Below are positions 10,119 to 20,585 of a stretch of 64,000 bases of DNA, one piece after another (within the stretch, counting starts at the first letter, position 1; each line of letters opens with the position of its first letter). The stretch lies in contig OY970399.1 in NCBI GenBank assembly GCA_963720545.1, positions 1,600,001-1,664,000 of the forward strand, in the 5' to 3' direction. The notes under the pieces were generated by a model, which was not told the origin of the DNA, did no database searches, and was given only the letters and a program-made list of their open reading frames with translations. The position numbers were made by a program, and so were the translations under genes. The stretch is from an uncultured Acidobacteriota bacterium (lineage in GTDB: Bacteria > Acidobacteriota > Vicinamibacteria > Fen-336).

Positions 10119-12242
10119 TTAGCGGGAACCGATCTCGCGCAGCCTTTCCCTTGCAGCCGTGAACGACGGCTGCAAGGCGAGCGTCTTGCGGAACCAAGGC
10201 TCGGCGTCTGCCGGGCGCGACTGGCGCAGCAGCGTGAGGCCCAGGTTGTAGTTGTAGAGCGGATCCTTGCCGTCGAGCTTGACGGCTTCGCGGAACACCT
10301 TCTCCGCTTCCGCCATCTGCCCCTGGCCACCCAGCACCATGCCGAGCGAGTTCCAGTAGGACGCCTGCGTGCCGTCGAGGGCGACGGCTTCGCGCAAGAG
10401 CCGGATGGCATCGCCGGGACGGTTTGCGTCGCGGTACATCTCGCCCAGCTGCACCTTGGCGAGGGCGTTCTTCGGTGCCAGCGCGACCGCCGCCTCGTAG
10501 GCGCGCACGGCGTCCTGCGGGCGCTCGAGGCGGCGGAAGATGCGCGCCTGCGCCAGCGGCAGCTGCGAGTCGGTGGGCGCGGCCTTCACGCCGCGCTCCA
10601 ATGCCGCGAGCGCGCCGGCGCTGTCCCCCATCTCGAGGCGCGCATCGGCGATGCCGACGTAGGCGGCACCGTAACCCGGCAGCCGCTCCAGCGCTTTCTC
10701 GTAGTGCGCGGCGGCGTCGCGGTAGCGCCGCGTCTGGGCCAGCGCCCGGGCCAGGTAGTAGTGCAGCTCGAAGCTCTCGATGCCGCGCTTCTGCAGCTCC
10801 GCGAAGCGCACGACGCTGTCCTGCGGCCGCTGCTCGCGCAGCGCCACGAGGCCCTCGCGCATCAGGCGGTTGACGAGCTTGTAGTCCTCGACCTTGTCCT
10901 TGGGATCGGCGCCAGTGGCGGCACCGGCTGGCACCGTACCGGCGCCGATGTAGCCGAGAGCGCCGAGCTTTTCGAGCATCTCGGGCGGGATGGCGGCCGC
11001 GGCGCCGCTGTCCTTTGCCCGCGCCTTCTCGGCCGTGAGCCATTGCGCGAGGGCGCCACGCAGCGCCGCGGCTTTGGCCGGCTGGCTCGCCGCGAGGTTT
11101 TGCAGCTCGCCGGGATCGTCCTTCAGGTCGTAGAGCTCGGCGCGCGGCGCCTGGATGTACTTGTAGCGGCCGTCGCGCAGCGTTCGCAGGTCGCTCCAGC
11201 CGAAGTGCAGCAGAGGCACCAGCGACTCGGCATAGATCGGCTCGCTGCCCGCGACCGCGCCGCCGCGCAGCGCCGGCGCCAGGCTGCGTCCCGAAAGCTT
11301 CAGCCCTGGTGGCTGCGCCATGCCGAGGAGCTCGAGAGCCGTCGGAAAGACGTCGACCGTGCGCGCGGGTGCGTCGAAGCGACGGCCGGGCACGACGCCT
11401 GGCGCACGAATCACGAGCGGCACGTGCAGGGTCGACTGGTAGACGAAGAAGCCGTGGACGCTTTCGCCGTGCTCGCCCAGGCCCTCTCCATGGTCGGAAG
11501 TGACGACGAGCGCCGTGCTGTCGGCGACCCCGAGGCGTTTCAGCGCGGCGTCGAGCCTGCCGACCAGTTCGTCCGACCAGGCCACTTCGCCGTCGTAAGG
11601 CCGCCCGGGGTAGCGCGAGGCATAAGGTTCCGGCGGTTCGTACGGGTCGTGCGGATCGTAGAGGTGCAGCCACAGGAAGAAGCGCCCCTGCGCCGCGTTC
11701 TGCTGCAGCCAGTCGATCGCCTCCGCGGTCGGCCCGTCGCCGCGCTTCTGGATGGTGTTGAGAAAGCGCGCATCGTCCTCGCCGATCTCGAAGCGGTCGG
11801 AGTAGGTCGCAAAACCCCGCGCCAGGCCCGACTGTCGCGACAGCACCACCGACGACACGAACGCGGCGGTGCGGAAGCCGGCCTGCGCCAGCGTGTCGGC
11901 GAGCGTCGGCACCGCGGCGACAAGGCCCGGGGTGACGTTGTCGCGCTGGCCGTGTTCGGCCGGGTACAGGCCGGTGAAGAGGCTCGTGTGCGACGGCCGG
12001 GTCAGCGGCACGTGCGCCGAGGCATTCGTCGCCAGGGCACCCGCGGCGGCCATGGCGTCGATATGGGGCGTCGCCACCGAAGCGCCGTAGCAGCCAAGGT
12101 GGTCGGCGCGCAGCGTGTCGATGGTGACGATGACCAGGTTCTTCGAGGTGGGCGGCGGCGGCGCGGTGCGGGTGCAGCCCGCGACGAAGAGCAGCAACGA
12201 GGCGGCGGCCAGTCCCAGTCCCCGCTTCGAGGTGGCGGCCAT
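10119..12242 (-). CDS. Sulfatase-like (alkaline-phosphatase superfamily) lipoprotein with C-terminal TPR repeats
   Basis: Lipobox VAGC; TIDTLRAD, TRPSHTSLFTG, HLYDPHDPY, SDHGE; TPR-like helical repeats. Confidence 0.85.
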   Translation of the reverse strand: MAATSKRGLGLAAASLLLFVAGCTRTAPPPPTSKNLVIVTIDTLRADHLGCYGASVATPHIDAMAAAGALATNASAHVPLTRPSHTSLFTGLYPAEHGQRDNVTPGLVAAVPTLADTLAQAGFRTAAFVSSVVLSRQSGLARGFATYSDRFEIGEDDARFLNTIQKRGDGPTAEAIDWLQQNAAQGRFFLWLHLYDPHDPYEPPEPYASRYPGRPYDGEVAWSDELVGRLDAALKRLGVADSTALVVTSDHGEGLGEHGESVHGFFVYQSTLHVPLVIRAPGVVPGRRFDAPARTVDVFPTALELLGMAQPPGLKLSGRSLAPALRGGAVAGSEPIYAESLVPLLHFGWSDLRTLRDGRYKYIQAPRAELYDLKDDPGELQNLAASQPAKAAALRGALAQWLTAEKARAKDSGAAAAIPPEMLEKLGALGYIGAGTVPAGAATGADPKDKVEDYKLVNRLMREGLVALREQRPQDSVVRFAELQKRGIESFELHYYLARALAQTRRYRDAAAHYEKALERLPGYGAAYVGIADARLEMGDSAGALAALERGVKAAPTDSQLPLAQARIFRRLERPQDAVRAYEAAVALAPKNALAKVQLGEMYRDANRPGDAIRLLREAVALDGTQASYWNSLGMVLGGQGQMAEAEKVFREAVKLDGKDPLYNYNLGLTLLRQSRPADAEPWFRKTLALQPSFTAARERLREIGSR

Positions 12243-12244
12243 GG

Positions 12245-13012
12245 CTAGAGGATGGTGCGGCGCTCGAAGTTGCGGGCGCCGACGAGAGCGAAGAACGCGG
12301 TGAAGAACACGGTGCCGCCGAGCAGCAGCGGCAGCGGCATGTGCGGCACGTTCGGCGTTACCGCGTAACGCATCGACTCGCTCATGAAGGTGAGCGGGTT
12401 CAGCAGGAACACGTACTGCAGCGGGCCCATCACGCCGAGCGAGGCCCACGGGTAGTAGGCGCAGCCGAACATCATCATCGGGCCGAGGATCACCGCGAAC
12501 AGCAGGCCGGTGAAGCGCTGCTGGATGGCCGTGCCAAGCGTCAGGCCGAAAGCGGCCGACAGCAGGCCGCCGAGGATGGCGAAGGGCGGCAGCGCCAGCC
12601 AGTTGGGGCGCACCGTGCTGCCGGCGAGGCGGTGCATGAGGAACACCATCACCGGCAGCGCCAGCACGCCGGCTAGCGTTGCGTGCACGGAGCCCGCGAG
12701 GATCTTGCCAAATGCCACCTCGCGCACGCTGATGGGCGCCAGCAGCCGCTCGTCCACCTCGCGGCTGCCGCCGAGGTCCACGACCAGCGGCATCAGCACG
12801 CTCTGTACCCCCGCCATCAGGATCGAGATCGACATGAGGCCGGGCAGCATGGCGGTGCCGAAAGCGTCGGAGACGAGCCCGAGCCGCGGCAGGATGTTGC
12901 CGAACACCAGCACGATGAGGATCGGCTGGGTCATGGTGCCGAGCAGCAGGAACGGCAGGCTCTTGCCGATCACGTAGAGGTCGCGGTAGAGGAGCGCCAG
13001 GAAGGTCTTCAA
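12245..13012 (-). CDS. ABC-2 type exporter permease
   Basis: TTG start overlapping the ATPase stop; ~6 TM segments; ERLLAPIS and LNPLTFMSESMR motifs. Confidence 0.85.
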   Translation of the reverse strand: MKTFLALLYRDLYVIGKSLPFLLLGTMTQPILIVLVFGNILPRLGLVSDAFGTAMLPGLMSISILMAGVQSVLMPLVVDLGGSREVDERLLAPISVREVAFGKILAGSVHATLAGVLALPVMVFLMHRLAGSTVRPNWLALPPFAILGGLLSAAFGLTLGTAIQQRFTGLLFAVILGPMMMFGCAYYPWASLGVMGPLQYVFLLNPLTFMSESMRYAVTPNVPHMPLPLLLGGTVFFTAFFALVGARNFERRTIL

Positions 13013-13980
13013 TCGCGCAGCTCGCGGCCGGTAAGGTGGATGTAGACGTCCTCGAGGCTCGGCGGAGTCAGGCTCACGTGGTGCAGCTCGGCGCCTTGCT
13101 CGCGTGCCGCCGCCAGGACGCGGTCGAGGATGCCCTCGCGCGACGAGAGGAAGAGGCGAATGCGCTCGAGGTCGCTGTTCTCCTCGGCGACCCCTTCGAC
13201 GCGCGCGACGCCGGCAAGCGTCCCGAGCAGGGGTGCCAGCGGCGCCTGGCCCTTGATCCACAGGTCGAGGATGTCGCCGCCGGGCAGCGAGGCCTTGAGC
13301 GCCGCGGGCGTGTCGAGGCGCAGGATCTTGCCGTGATCGACGATCGCGAGGCGCTCGCAGAGGAGATCGGCCTCTTCCATGTTGTGGGTGGTGAGGATGA
13401 TCGTCAGGCCGCCGCGGTGCAGGCGCGCGAGGGTTTCCCACAACAGGCGCCGCGCCTGCGGATCGAGGCCGGTCGTGGGCTCGTCGAGCAATAGCACCGC
13501 CGGGTCGTGCATCAGCGCGCGCGCGATCATCACCCGCTGCTGCATGCCGCCCGAGAGCGTCAGCGGCTTGGCATCGGCCTTCTCTTCCACCTGCATCTCG
13601 CGCAGCAGCCGTTCGGCGCGGCTGGCGATTTCCTGCGCGTCGAGCGCGAAGTAGCGGCCGTGAAAGGTGAGCACCTGGCGCACGCTCAGGTCGCGGTCGA
13701 GGTTTCGCACCTGCGGCACCACGGCGATCGCGCGCTTGGCGCGCCTGCCGTCCTTCACCACGTCGATGCCGTCCACCAGGATGCGGCCGCCGGTGGGCTT
13801 CACCATGGTGGTGACGCAGCCTATGGTGGTGCTCTTGCCGGCACCGTTCGGCCCCAGCAAGCCGAAGAACTCGCCGCGCGCCACCGTGAACGACACACCG
13901 CGCACCGCTTCGACTGCCGGGGTGCGGCGCCGCGCGGGATAGGTCTTGTGCAGGTCCTCGACGACCAGCGCCTGGTTCAC
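13009..13980 (-). CDS. ABC transporter ATP-binding protein (DrrA/NodI-like)
   Basis: GPNGAGKS, LSGGMQQR, LLLDEPTTGLD; GTG start overlapping the hutI stop. Confidence 0.92.
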   Translation of the reverse strand: MNQALVVEDLHKTYPARRRTPAVEAVRGVSFTVARGEFFGLLGPNGAGKSTTIGCVTTMVKPTGGRILVDGIDVVKDGRRAKRAIAVVPQVRNLDRDLSVRQVLTFHGRYFALDAQEIASRAERLLREMQVEEKADAKPLTLSGGMQQRVMIARALMHDPAVLLLDEPTTGLDPQARRLLWETLARLHRGGLTIILTTHNMEEADLLCERLAIVDHGKILRLDTPAALKASLPGGDILDLWIKGQAPLAPLLGTLAGVARVEGVAEENSDLERIRLFLSSREGILDRVLAAAREQGAELHHVSLTPPSLEDVYIHLTGRELRD

Positions 13981-15245
13981 AGCCGCCGGCCGTCCGCGAC
14001 CACCATGGTGCCGTCCTTCAGCACCCGCGAGATGGCCGGGACGCCGACCCGCACCAGGTCGAGGAGCCGATCGGAGCGCAGCACCACGAAGTCGGCGCGC
14101 TTGCCGACCTCGATGCTGCCGACGCTGTGGTGCAGGTCGAGCGAGTACGCTGCATTGATGGTCACGGCCGCGACCGCTTCCTCGAGCGAGAGCCCCATGC
14201 CGAAGCACGCCATGGCCATGGCGAACGGCAGCGACGGCGACAGGCCGCCGCCGGGGTTGGCGTCGGTCGCCACCGCCACCGGCACCGCAGCGTCGATCAG
14301 CGCGCGCGCCGGCGCGTAGCGGCCGAGGCGCAGGAAGAGCGCCGCCGACGGCAGCAGCGTCGCCACGGTGCCGGCCGCCGCCATCGCGGCGATGCCAGCC
14401 GGCGAAACGTGCAGCAAGTGGTCGGCGGAGCGCGCGCCGAGTTCGGCCGCCACTTCGGCGCCGCCGGTCCAGGCCAGCTCATCGGCGTGCACGCGCGCCT
14501 TCATGCCGTTGGCTTCGGCGCAGCGCAGGATCTGGCGCGTCTCGTCCACCGTGAAGACGCCCTCTTCGCAGAAGACGTCGCAGAAGGTGGCGAGCCGCCG
14601 CCGCGCCACTTCGGGAATCATCTCGTCGCACAGGAGGCGGATGTACCCGGCGCGGTCGCCGCGGTGCTCGACCGGCACGTCGTGCGCGCCGAGGAAGGTC
14701 GGCACCACCGTGCAGGGATGACTGCTCGCCGCATCGCGGATGGCTTCGAGCGTGCGGATCTCGGACTCGGTGGTGAGGCCGTAGCCGCTCTTGATCTCGA
14801 CGCTGGTGGTGCCGCACAGCAGCATCTCGTCTAGGCGCCTGATGAGCGTGTCGCGCAGCTCGGCGCGCGACGCGTTGCGCGTGGCCGCCACGGTGCTGAC
14901 GATGCCGCCACCGGCGGCGGCGATGTCCTGGTAGCTGCGGCCGGCAAGGCGCATGCGAATTTCGTCGTCGCGGTTGCCGAGGTAGGCGATGTGCGTGTGC
15001 GCGTCCACGAACCCCGGCAGCACCAGGGCGCCGTCCACTTCGAGCACCGAGCCCTCGGAGAGCACGTTCACGTGGCCCTCCCAGTCGCTGTCTGCGCCCA
15101 CCCAGACAATCTGTTCGTCGAGCACCGCAACGCAGGCGTTCTCGACGATGGCAAGGTCGCCCAGCGCGGCGCCGGTGCGCGGCGCCGGGCCCGCGAGCGT
15201 CGCGAGCCTGCCGATGCGGCGAATGACGAGGTCGGCGTCGATCAT
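13977..15245 (-). CDS. hutI: Imidazolonepropionase
   Basis: PGFVDAHTH, GGGIVSTV.ATR, EIKSGYGL, DVFCEEG, HADEL, ATDANPG. Confidence 0.9.
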   Translation of the reverse strand: MIDADLVIRRIGRLATLAGPAPRTGAALGDLAIVENACVAVLDEQIVWVGADSDWEGHVNVLSEGSVLEVDGALVLPGFVDAHTHIAYLGNRDDEIRMRLAGRSYQDIAAAGGGIVSTVAATRNASRAELRDTLIRRLDEMLLCGTTSVEIKSGYGLTTESEIRTLEAIRDAASSHPCTVVPTFLGAHDVPVEHRGDRAGYIRLLCDEMIPEVARRRLATFCDVFCEEGVFTVDETRQILRCAEANGMKARVHADELAWTGGAEVAAELGARSADHLLHVSPAGIAAMAAAGTVATLLPSAALFLRLGRYAPARALIDAAVPVAVATDANPGGGLSPSLPFAMAMACFGMGLSLEEAVAAVTINAAYSLDLHHSVGSIEVGKRADFVVLRSDRLLDLVRVGVPAISRVLKDGTMVVADGRRL

Positions 15246-15270
15246 CGTGAGTGGCTTGGCGCCTAGCCGA

Positions 15271-15870
15271 TCAGTAGTAGACGGTCACGCGAAATGCGCC
15301 GGAATTGTCCTGCAGGTAGTCGTCGTTCACGCCGAGGAACAAGCGGCCGCCCGCGCGCGCCCGGATCGGTGAGCGGTCGTCGCCGATGAAGAAAGGATCG
15401 CCGTCCTCGCCGATGCGGCCGATGAGGGCCGCCGCGGCACGGCTGGGAATGGGCCGGTTGGCGTTGCGCGGCGAGCCCGATTCGCCGGCCGGCCCGTCTG
15501 CGCGCTTCGGCCCCCAGCGCACTTCGCCGCGCGCGTAGAAGTAGAGCTGCTGGCCGCCGCGCACCTCGATGCCGGTTTCGGTCCAGCCCGAGGCCGCCGC
15601 CACGTTCACCTCGCGTTCGCGCGCGCCGCGCGGCGGGGTGCCGGCGTCGTCGCCCGAATATCCGCGGCCCTCGAACTCGATGCGCGCGACCTCGTCGCGC
15701 CTGAACCGCTGCACGTCGCCGCGCGAGTCCTCGAACTCGACGCGGCTGCCGTCGATTGCGACCAGCTCGCCGTCGTAGCGGCGGCCGTTTCGCAGCACCA
15801 GCACGTCGGCCTGCGCGCTCGCGCCAAGCGCCAGCAGGAGCACGCAGCAGGTCAGCGGGGAATGACGCAT
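15271..15870 (-). CDS. Secreted protein with a C-terminal LecA/PA-IL-like beta-sandwich domain
   Basis: Signal peptide; W.ETGI.V..G, ALIGRIG, GRLFLGVNDD..DNSGAF.V pattern. Confidence 0.6.
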   Translation of the reverse strand: MRHSPLTCCVLLLALGASAQADVLVLRNGRRYDGELVAIDGSRVEFEDSRGDVQRFRRDEVARIEFEGRGYSGDDAGTPPRGAREREVNVAAASGWTETGIEVRGGQQLYFYARGEVRWGPKRADGPAGESGSPRNANRPIPSRAAAALIGRIGEDGDPFFIGDDRSPIRARAGGRLFLGVNDDYLQDNSGAFRVTVYY

Positions 15871-15896
15871 GGCTGCAAGGATAATATGAGAGTCCT

Positions 15897-17282
15897 ATGG
15901 CCCAGGCGACGCGCAGCGAACTGGACAGTTTCGGCCTCATCGAGGTTCCCGCAAACCGCCTGTGGGGAGCGCAGACGCAGCGCTCCTTGCAGAACTTCAG
16001 GATCTCGACCGAGAGGCTGCCGGCCGCGCTGATCGCCGCGCTGGCGCTGGTCAAGAAGGCAGCGGCCCTCGTCAACGAGGATCTCGGCCTGCTGGACGCG
16101 AAAAAGGCGGGCGCCATCGTCGCCGCCGCCGACGAGGTGCTGGGCGAGCGCCACGCGGACGAGTTTCCGCTGGCCGTCTGGCAGACCGGTTCGGGCACGC
16201 AGAGCAACATGAACATGAACGAGGTGCTCGCCAACCGGGCCAGCGAGCTGCTGGGCGGCGAGCGCGGCGAGGCGCGTCTCGTGCACCCGAACGACGACGT
16301 CAACAAGAGCCAGTCGTCGAACGACGTCTTCCCCACCGCCATGAGCGTCGCCGCGGCCCGCGCCGTGGGCGACGCCGTCATCCCTGCCGTACGCCGGCTG
16401 CGCGACGTGCTCGCGCAGAAGTCGGCGGAGTTCGTCTCGGTGGTGAAGATCGGCCGCACCCACTTGCAGGACGCGACGCCTTTGACACTCGGCCAGGAAT
16501 TCTCCGGATACGTGAGCCAGCTCGACCACGCGATCGCGCATCTCGAGGCGTCGCTGCCGCACCTCTACGAGCTGGCCCTTGGCGGCACCGCGGTCGGCAC
16601 CGGCCTCAACGCGCATCCCGAGTACGCCGCGCGGGTGGCGGCGCGCATCGCCGACCTGAGCGGCCTGCCGTTCGTCACTGCGCCCAACAAGTTCGAGGCG
16701 TTGGCGGCCAACGACGCCATGGTGCACGCCCACGGCGCCCTCAAGACACTGGCGGCGGCGCTCAACAAGATCGCGAACGACGTCCGCTGGCTCGCCTCCG
16801 GCCCGCGCTGCGGCATCGGCGAGATCACGATCCCGGAGAACGAGCCGGGCAGCTCGATCATGCCGGGCAAGGTCAACCCGACGCAGTCCGAAGCCGTGAC
16901 CATGCTGTGCGCGCAGGTGTTCGGCAACGACGCCGCCATCAACATCGGCGGCGCCTCGGGCAACTTCGAGCTGAACGTGTTCAAGCCGCTCATCGCCCAC
17001 AACTTCCTGATGAGCTGCCGCCTGCTCGCCGACGGCTGCGACTCGTTCCGCGAGAACTGCGCGGCGGGCATCGAACCAAATGCCGCGCGCATCGCCCAGA
17101 ACCTGCAGAACTCCCTGATGCTCGTCACCGCCCTCAACCCCCACATCGGCTACGACAAGGCCGCCAAGATCGCGAAGCACGCCCACACCACCGGCAAGAC
17201 CTTGCGCGAAGCCGCCGTCGAGCTCGGCTACGTGAGTGCCGCCGACTTCGATCGCTGGGTCCGCCCCGAAGAGATGGTGTAA
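15897..17282 (+). CDS. fumC: Class II fumarate hydratase
   Basis: [31 protein letters not shown]. Confidence 0.97.
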   Translation: MAQATRSELDSFGLIEVPANRLWGAQTQRSLQNFRISTERLPAALIAALALVKKAAALVNEDLGLLDAKKAGAIVAAADEVLGERHADEFPLAVWQTGSGTQSNMNMNEVLANRASELLGGERGEARLVHPNDDVNKSQSSNDVFPTAMSVAAARAVGDAVIPAVRRLRDVLAQKSAEFVSVVKIGRTHLQDATPLTLGQEFSGYVSQLDHAIAHLEASLPHLYELALGGTAVGTGLNAHPEYAARVAARIADLSGLPFVTAPNKFEALAANDAMVHAHGALKTLAAALNKIANDVRWLASGPRCGIGEITIPENEPGSSIMPGKVNPTQSEAVTMLCAQVFGNDAAINIGGASGNFELNVFKPLIAHNFLMSCRLLADGCDSFRENCAAGIEPNAARIAQNLQNSLMLVTALNPHIGYDKAAKIAKHAHTTGKTLREAAVELGYVSAADFDRWVRPEEMV

Positions 17283-17289
17283 CGAGCCC

Positions 17290-17445
17290 GAATTCCTGAG
17301 CCGCGTATGTCGTTGGACGCGCGGTGAAGGATCCGCCAGCCCTTGCGCAACTCGTTCCGGAACGAGTCGCCCCACCATTCTGGCCAGCCGCATCAGGATT
17401 GATGCGGTTCGCTCCTCGACATGGTGGACTGCGTCCGGACGCAGT
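17290..17445. repeat. Palindrome-rich intergenic element (REP-like plus two 18-bp perfect palindromes)
   Basis: CCTGAG-CCGCG..CGCGG-TGAAGGATC; ACTCGTTCCGGAACGAGT (17350-17367); hairpin 17388-17407; ACTGCGTCCGGACGCAGT (17428-17445). Confidence 0.55.
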
Positions 17446-17473
17446 TGAGGTGGCGGGCGTGTTGTAATTGGCC

Positions 17474-18064
17474 ATGCCGACGGCGACGAAGAAGGCGATC
17501 GACAGCGTCGTGTTTCCCAGCGCGGCGCATTGGGATGCGTGGCTTGCGAAGAACCACGACAAGGCGCCCGGCGTGTGGGTCAGGATGGCAAAGAAAGCGT
17601 CCGGCAAGGCGTCGGTCGGATATCCCGACGTACTCGATATCGCGATCTCGTGGGGGTGGATCGATGCGCTACGGCGCGCGCACGACGAGCACTGGTACCT
17701 GCAGCGGTTCACGCCGCGGGCGAAGCGCAGCCCGTGGTCGAAGATCAACTGCGCCAAGGCGCTGGCCATGATCCGCGCGCAGCGCATGCAGGCGCCGGGG
17801 CTCGCCGAGGTCGAGAGGGCGCGGAAGGACGGGCGCTGGCAGAAGGCTTACGCCGGACAGAAAAAGTCGGCGGTGCCCGCCGATCTCGCGTCGGCGCTAG
17901 CGAAGAACAGGAAGGCGGCTGCCTTCTTCGCCACCCTCGATTCGAAGAACCGCTATGCGGTGCTGTACCGCATCCAATCGGTGAAGAAGGCGCAGACGCG
18001 CGCGGCGAAGATCGCCTTGTTTGTCGCAATGCTGGCGCGCGGCGAGCGCCTCCACGCGACGTAG
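17474..18064 (+). CDS. YdeI/OmpD-associated family protein
   Basis: WDAWLAKNH, WGWID, QRFTPR..RSPWSKIN, VPADL..AL..N..A..FF. Confidence 0.88.
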   Translation: MPTATKKAIDSVVFPSAAHWDAWLAKNHDKAPGVWVRMAKKASGKASVGYPDVLDIAISWGWIDALRRAHDEHWYLQRFTPRAKRSPWSKINCAKALAMIRAQRMQAPGLAEVERARKDGRWQKAYAGQKKSAVPADLASALAKNRKAAAFFATLDSKNRYAVLYRIQSVKKAQTRAAKIALFVAMLARGERLHAT

Positions 18065-18070
18065 GCGCCG

Positions 18071-18520
18071 CTAGAACACCTTCTTGCTGTCGATGAGGAT
18101 GGTGACCGGCCCGTGGTTCACGAGGCTCACGTCCATCATCGCCTGGAAGATGCCCTCGGCCGTGCGCAAGCCGTGCGCGCGGACCGCCGCGACGAACTTG
18201 AGGTAGAGGACGCGGGCTTCCTCCGGCGGGGCCGACTCGATGAAGCCGGGGCGGCGGCCGCGGCGCACGTCGCCGTAGAGTGTGAACTGCGAGACGGCCA
18301 ACACCTCGCCCGCGGCGTCCAGCACAGAGCGGTTCATGGCGCCCGCGTCGTCCGGAAAGATCCGCAGGTTCGCGACCTTGTCCGCCACGTAGGCGACGTC
18401 CGTCTCGGTGTCGCCGCGGCCCACGCCCAACAGCACCAGGAGGCCCGCGCCGATCTCGCCCACCACGGCACCGTCCACCCGGACCGACGCCTGATGGACC
18501 CGCTGCACCACGGCTCGCAT
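18071..18520 (-). CDS. dtd: D-aminoacyl-tRNA deacylase
   Basis: [20 protein letters not shown]. Confidence 0.95.
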   Translation of the reverse strand: MRAVVQRVHQASVRVDGAVVGEIGAGLLVLLGVGRGDTETDVAYVADKVANLRIFPDDAGAMNRSVLDAAGEVLAVSQFTLYGDVRRGRRPGFIESAPPEEARVLYLKFVAAVRAHGLRTAEGIFQAMMDVSLVNHGPVTILIDSKKVF

Positions 18521-18591
18521 GGCAACGGATTGTAATAGCATGGCGCGCAAGGCCCGGATTTCACCGTTCGGGGCCAGGGAGGAGCCAATCC

Positions 18592-18858
18592 GTGACGTAC
18601 GTCATCGCCGAGCCCTGCATTGACACCAAGGACACCGCCTGCGTCGAGGTGTGCCCGGTCGATTGCATCCACCCCAAGAAGGACGAGGCGGACTTCGCCA
18701 CCGAGAACAAGCTCTACATCGATCCCGAGACCTGCATCGACTGCGGCGCCTGCGTGCCGGTGTGCCCGGTGCAGGCGATCTTCCCGCAGGACGAAGTGCC
18801 CGATAAGTGGAAGCACTTCACGCAGATCGACGTCGACTGGTACGAAAAGAAAAAGTAG
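18592..18858 (+). CDS. Dicluster (7Fe-type) ferredoxin
   Basis: [19 protein letters not shown] and [22 protein letters not shown]. Confidence 0.93.
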   Translation: MTYVIAEPCIDTKDTACVEVCPVDCIHPKKDEADFATENKLYIDPETCIDCGACVPVCPVQAIFPQDEVPDKWKHFTQIDVDWYEKKK

Positions 18859-18864
18859 GGGGCC

Positions 18865-19308
18865 ATGGACAAGAACCTGCGTCTCGCGCGTTTGTTTTTC
18901 GTCCTGCTCCTCATCGTCACGGCCGGGCGCTGGATCCTCGGCTTCCGCCACGTCCCCTACGCCGAAGGCACCGACAAGTTCAGCATCGTGACGCTGACGA
19001 TCTTCGGCGCCATCTTCTACGGCGCCTTCGTGCGCCGCTGGCAGGGCTACTCGCTGGTGCAGGCCGCGCTGCTCGGCGCGCTGCTCGGGTTCTCCGGGCA
19101 GGTCCTGGTGTTCCTCTCGACCGCCATCACTTACGGGCTCGGCATCGACAGCTACTTCTCGTTTCCGCGCGCGCTGAACGTCGACGCCCCGATCGGCTTC
19201 GCCGACGCCATGCTGCGGCGCGCCGGCGGGATGTTCTTCAACACTCTGTCGGGCGGCATCGTCGGCGCCATCGGCTGGGCGTTCGGCGGCCTGCTTCCCG
19301 AGAAGTAG
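18865..19308 (+). CDS. Hypothetical membrane protein (~4 TM)
   Basis: Hydrophobic segments, host-like codon use, 6 bp after the ferredoxin. Confidence 0.75.
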   Translation: MDKNLRLARLFFVLLLIVTAGRWILGFRHVPYAEGTDKFSIVTLTIFGAIFYGAFVRRWQGYSLVQAALLGALLGFSGQVLVFLSTAITYGLGIDSYFSFPRALNVDAPIGFADAMLRRAGGMFFNTLSGGIVGAIGWAFGGLLPEK

Positions 19309-19315
19309 GCGGCGG

Positions 19316-20170
19316 CTACTTCTTCGGCCGCAGCGCGGCCATCATCTCTTTCGCGGCGGCGCGGTCCAAATGCGCGAACCCGGCGAACTGCTGGCCCGAG
19401 AAGAGCGACTCGGCGCCGTCGAGCGTGACGATGTCGCCCGTCTGGTAGGGGCTCGCATCGCTCATCATGTAGGCGGCGAGGTTGGCGAGCTCGTCGTGGC
19501 GGCCGAAGCGTCGTGACGGCACCCGGCGCAGAGCCTGCTTCTCCACCTCTGCTCCCGGCATCAGCCGCGAGAAGGCGCCGTCCGTCGGGAATGGCCCGGG
19601 TGCGATGCCGTTGAGCCTGATGCCGTACGCCGCCCACTCGACCGCGAGCGAACGCATCATCGCCGCAACGCCTGCCTTGGCGGCCGCCGACGGCAGCACG
19701 AACGCCGAGCCAGTGGCGACGTACGACGTGAGCATCGAGAGCACTTCCCCGCCCGCCTTGCGCGCGATCAAGCGGCGGCCCAGCTCGCGAGTGCAGTAGA
19801 ACGACCCGTAGAGAACGATCTGCACCACCGAGTTGAAGGCGTTGTCCGACAGGTCTTCGGACGGGCTCAGGAAGTTGCCGGCGGCGTTGTTGATCACCTG
19901 GTTCGCTGCCCCCAGCTCGCCTTCGAGCGCGTCGAACGCGGCGACGATCGCGGCCGAATCGCGGACGTCGCAGACCGCACTCGCGGCAGTGCCGCCGGCC
20001 TGGCGAATTGCCGCGACCGTCTCCGCGAGCGGTGCCGCGCGCCTGCCGAGGATGCCGACCTTCGCGCCGAGCCCGGCAAAGCGCATGGCCACGGAGCGGC
20101 CCAGGCCGGTGCCGCCGCCACTGATGATGGTGGTCTTGGCGGCGAGCAGGTCGGGGCGGAACGGCTCCAT
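19316..20170 (-). CDS. SDR oxidoreductase, 2,4-dienoyl-CoA reductase-like
   Basis: SGGGTGLG, INNAAGNF, SAAAKAGV, LAVEW, IAPGPFPT. Confidence 0.88.
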   Translation of the reverse strand: MEPFRPDLLAAKTTIISGGGTGLGRSVAMRFAGLGAKVGILGRRAAPLAETVAAIRQAGGTAASAVCDVRDSAAIVAAFDALEGELGAANQVINNAAGNFLSPSEDLSDNAFNSVVQIVLYGSFYCTRELGRRLIARKAGGEVLSMLTSYVATGSAFVLPSAAAKAGVAAMMRSLAVEWAAYGIRLNGIAPGPFPTDGAFSRLMPGAEVEKQALRRVPSRRFGRHDELANLAAYMMSDASPYQTGDIVTLDGAESLFSGQQFAGFAHLDRAAAKEMMAALRPKK

Positions 20171-20180
20171 GCCGCGGATG

Positions 20181-20528
20181 CTAGCCGCCGGAACGCTTCG
20201 ACGCGAAGCCGCGCGCGGCGAGCGCTCGCTCCACGGTGTCGCGGTGGTCGCCCTGGATCTCGATGATGCCGTCCTTCACCGTGCCGCCGGCACCGCACGC
20301 CGCCTTCAGCTCGCGGCCAAGCGCGTCGATGGCGTCGCGGTGGCCGCGGATTCCGCTCACGAGCGTGACCACACGGCCGGAACCGCGGCGGTCGAGGCGC
20401 AGCCGTGCCTGCGAGGCGCGCGGGTCGAGCGCGCGCGAGCCGGCCGGCGCAGGACGCGGTGCGCGCGGCGCGTCGGTCGAATACGCGAGCGCTGTTTCAG
20501 CGCCGCCCACGGGGGTTTTTCTCCGCAT
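20181..20528 (-). CDS. yciH: SUI1/eIF1-like translation initiation factor
   Basis: AYSTD, RGSGRVVTLV.G, LKAACGAGGTVKDGIIEIQGDHR; start at ATG 20528. Confidence 0.88.
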   Translation of the reverse strand: MRRKTPVGGAETALAYSTDAPRAPRPAPAGSRALDPRASQARLRLDRRGSGRVVTLVSGIRGHRDAIDALGRELKAACGAGGTVKDGIIEIQGDHRDTVERALAARGFASKRSGG

Positions 20529-20585
20529 TGAGGTCAATGTTAAAGTTCCGCCTGCAGATCTTTTCCTAACGCAAGCGAGGATCCT

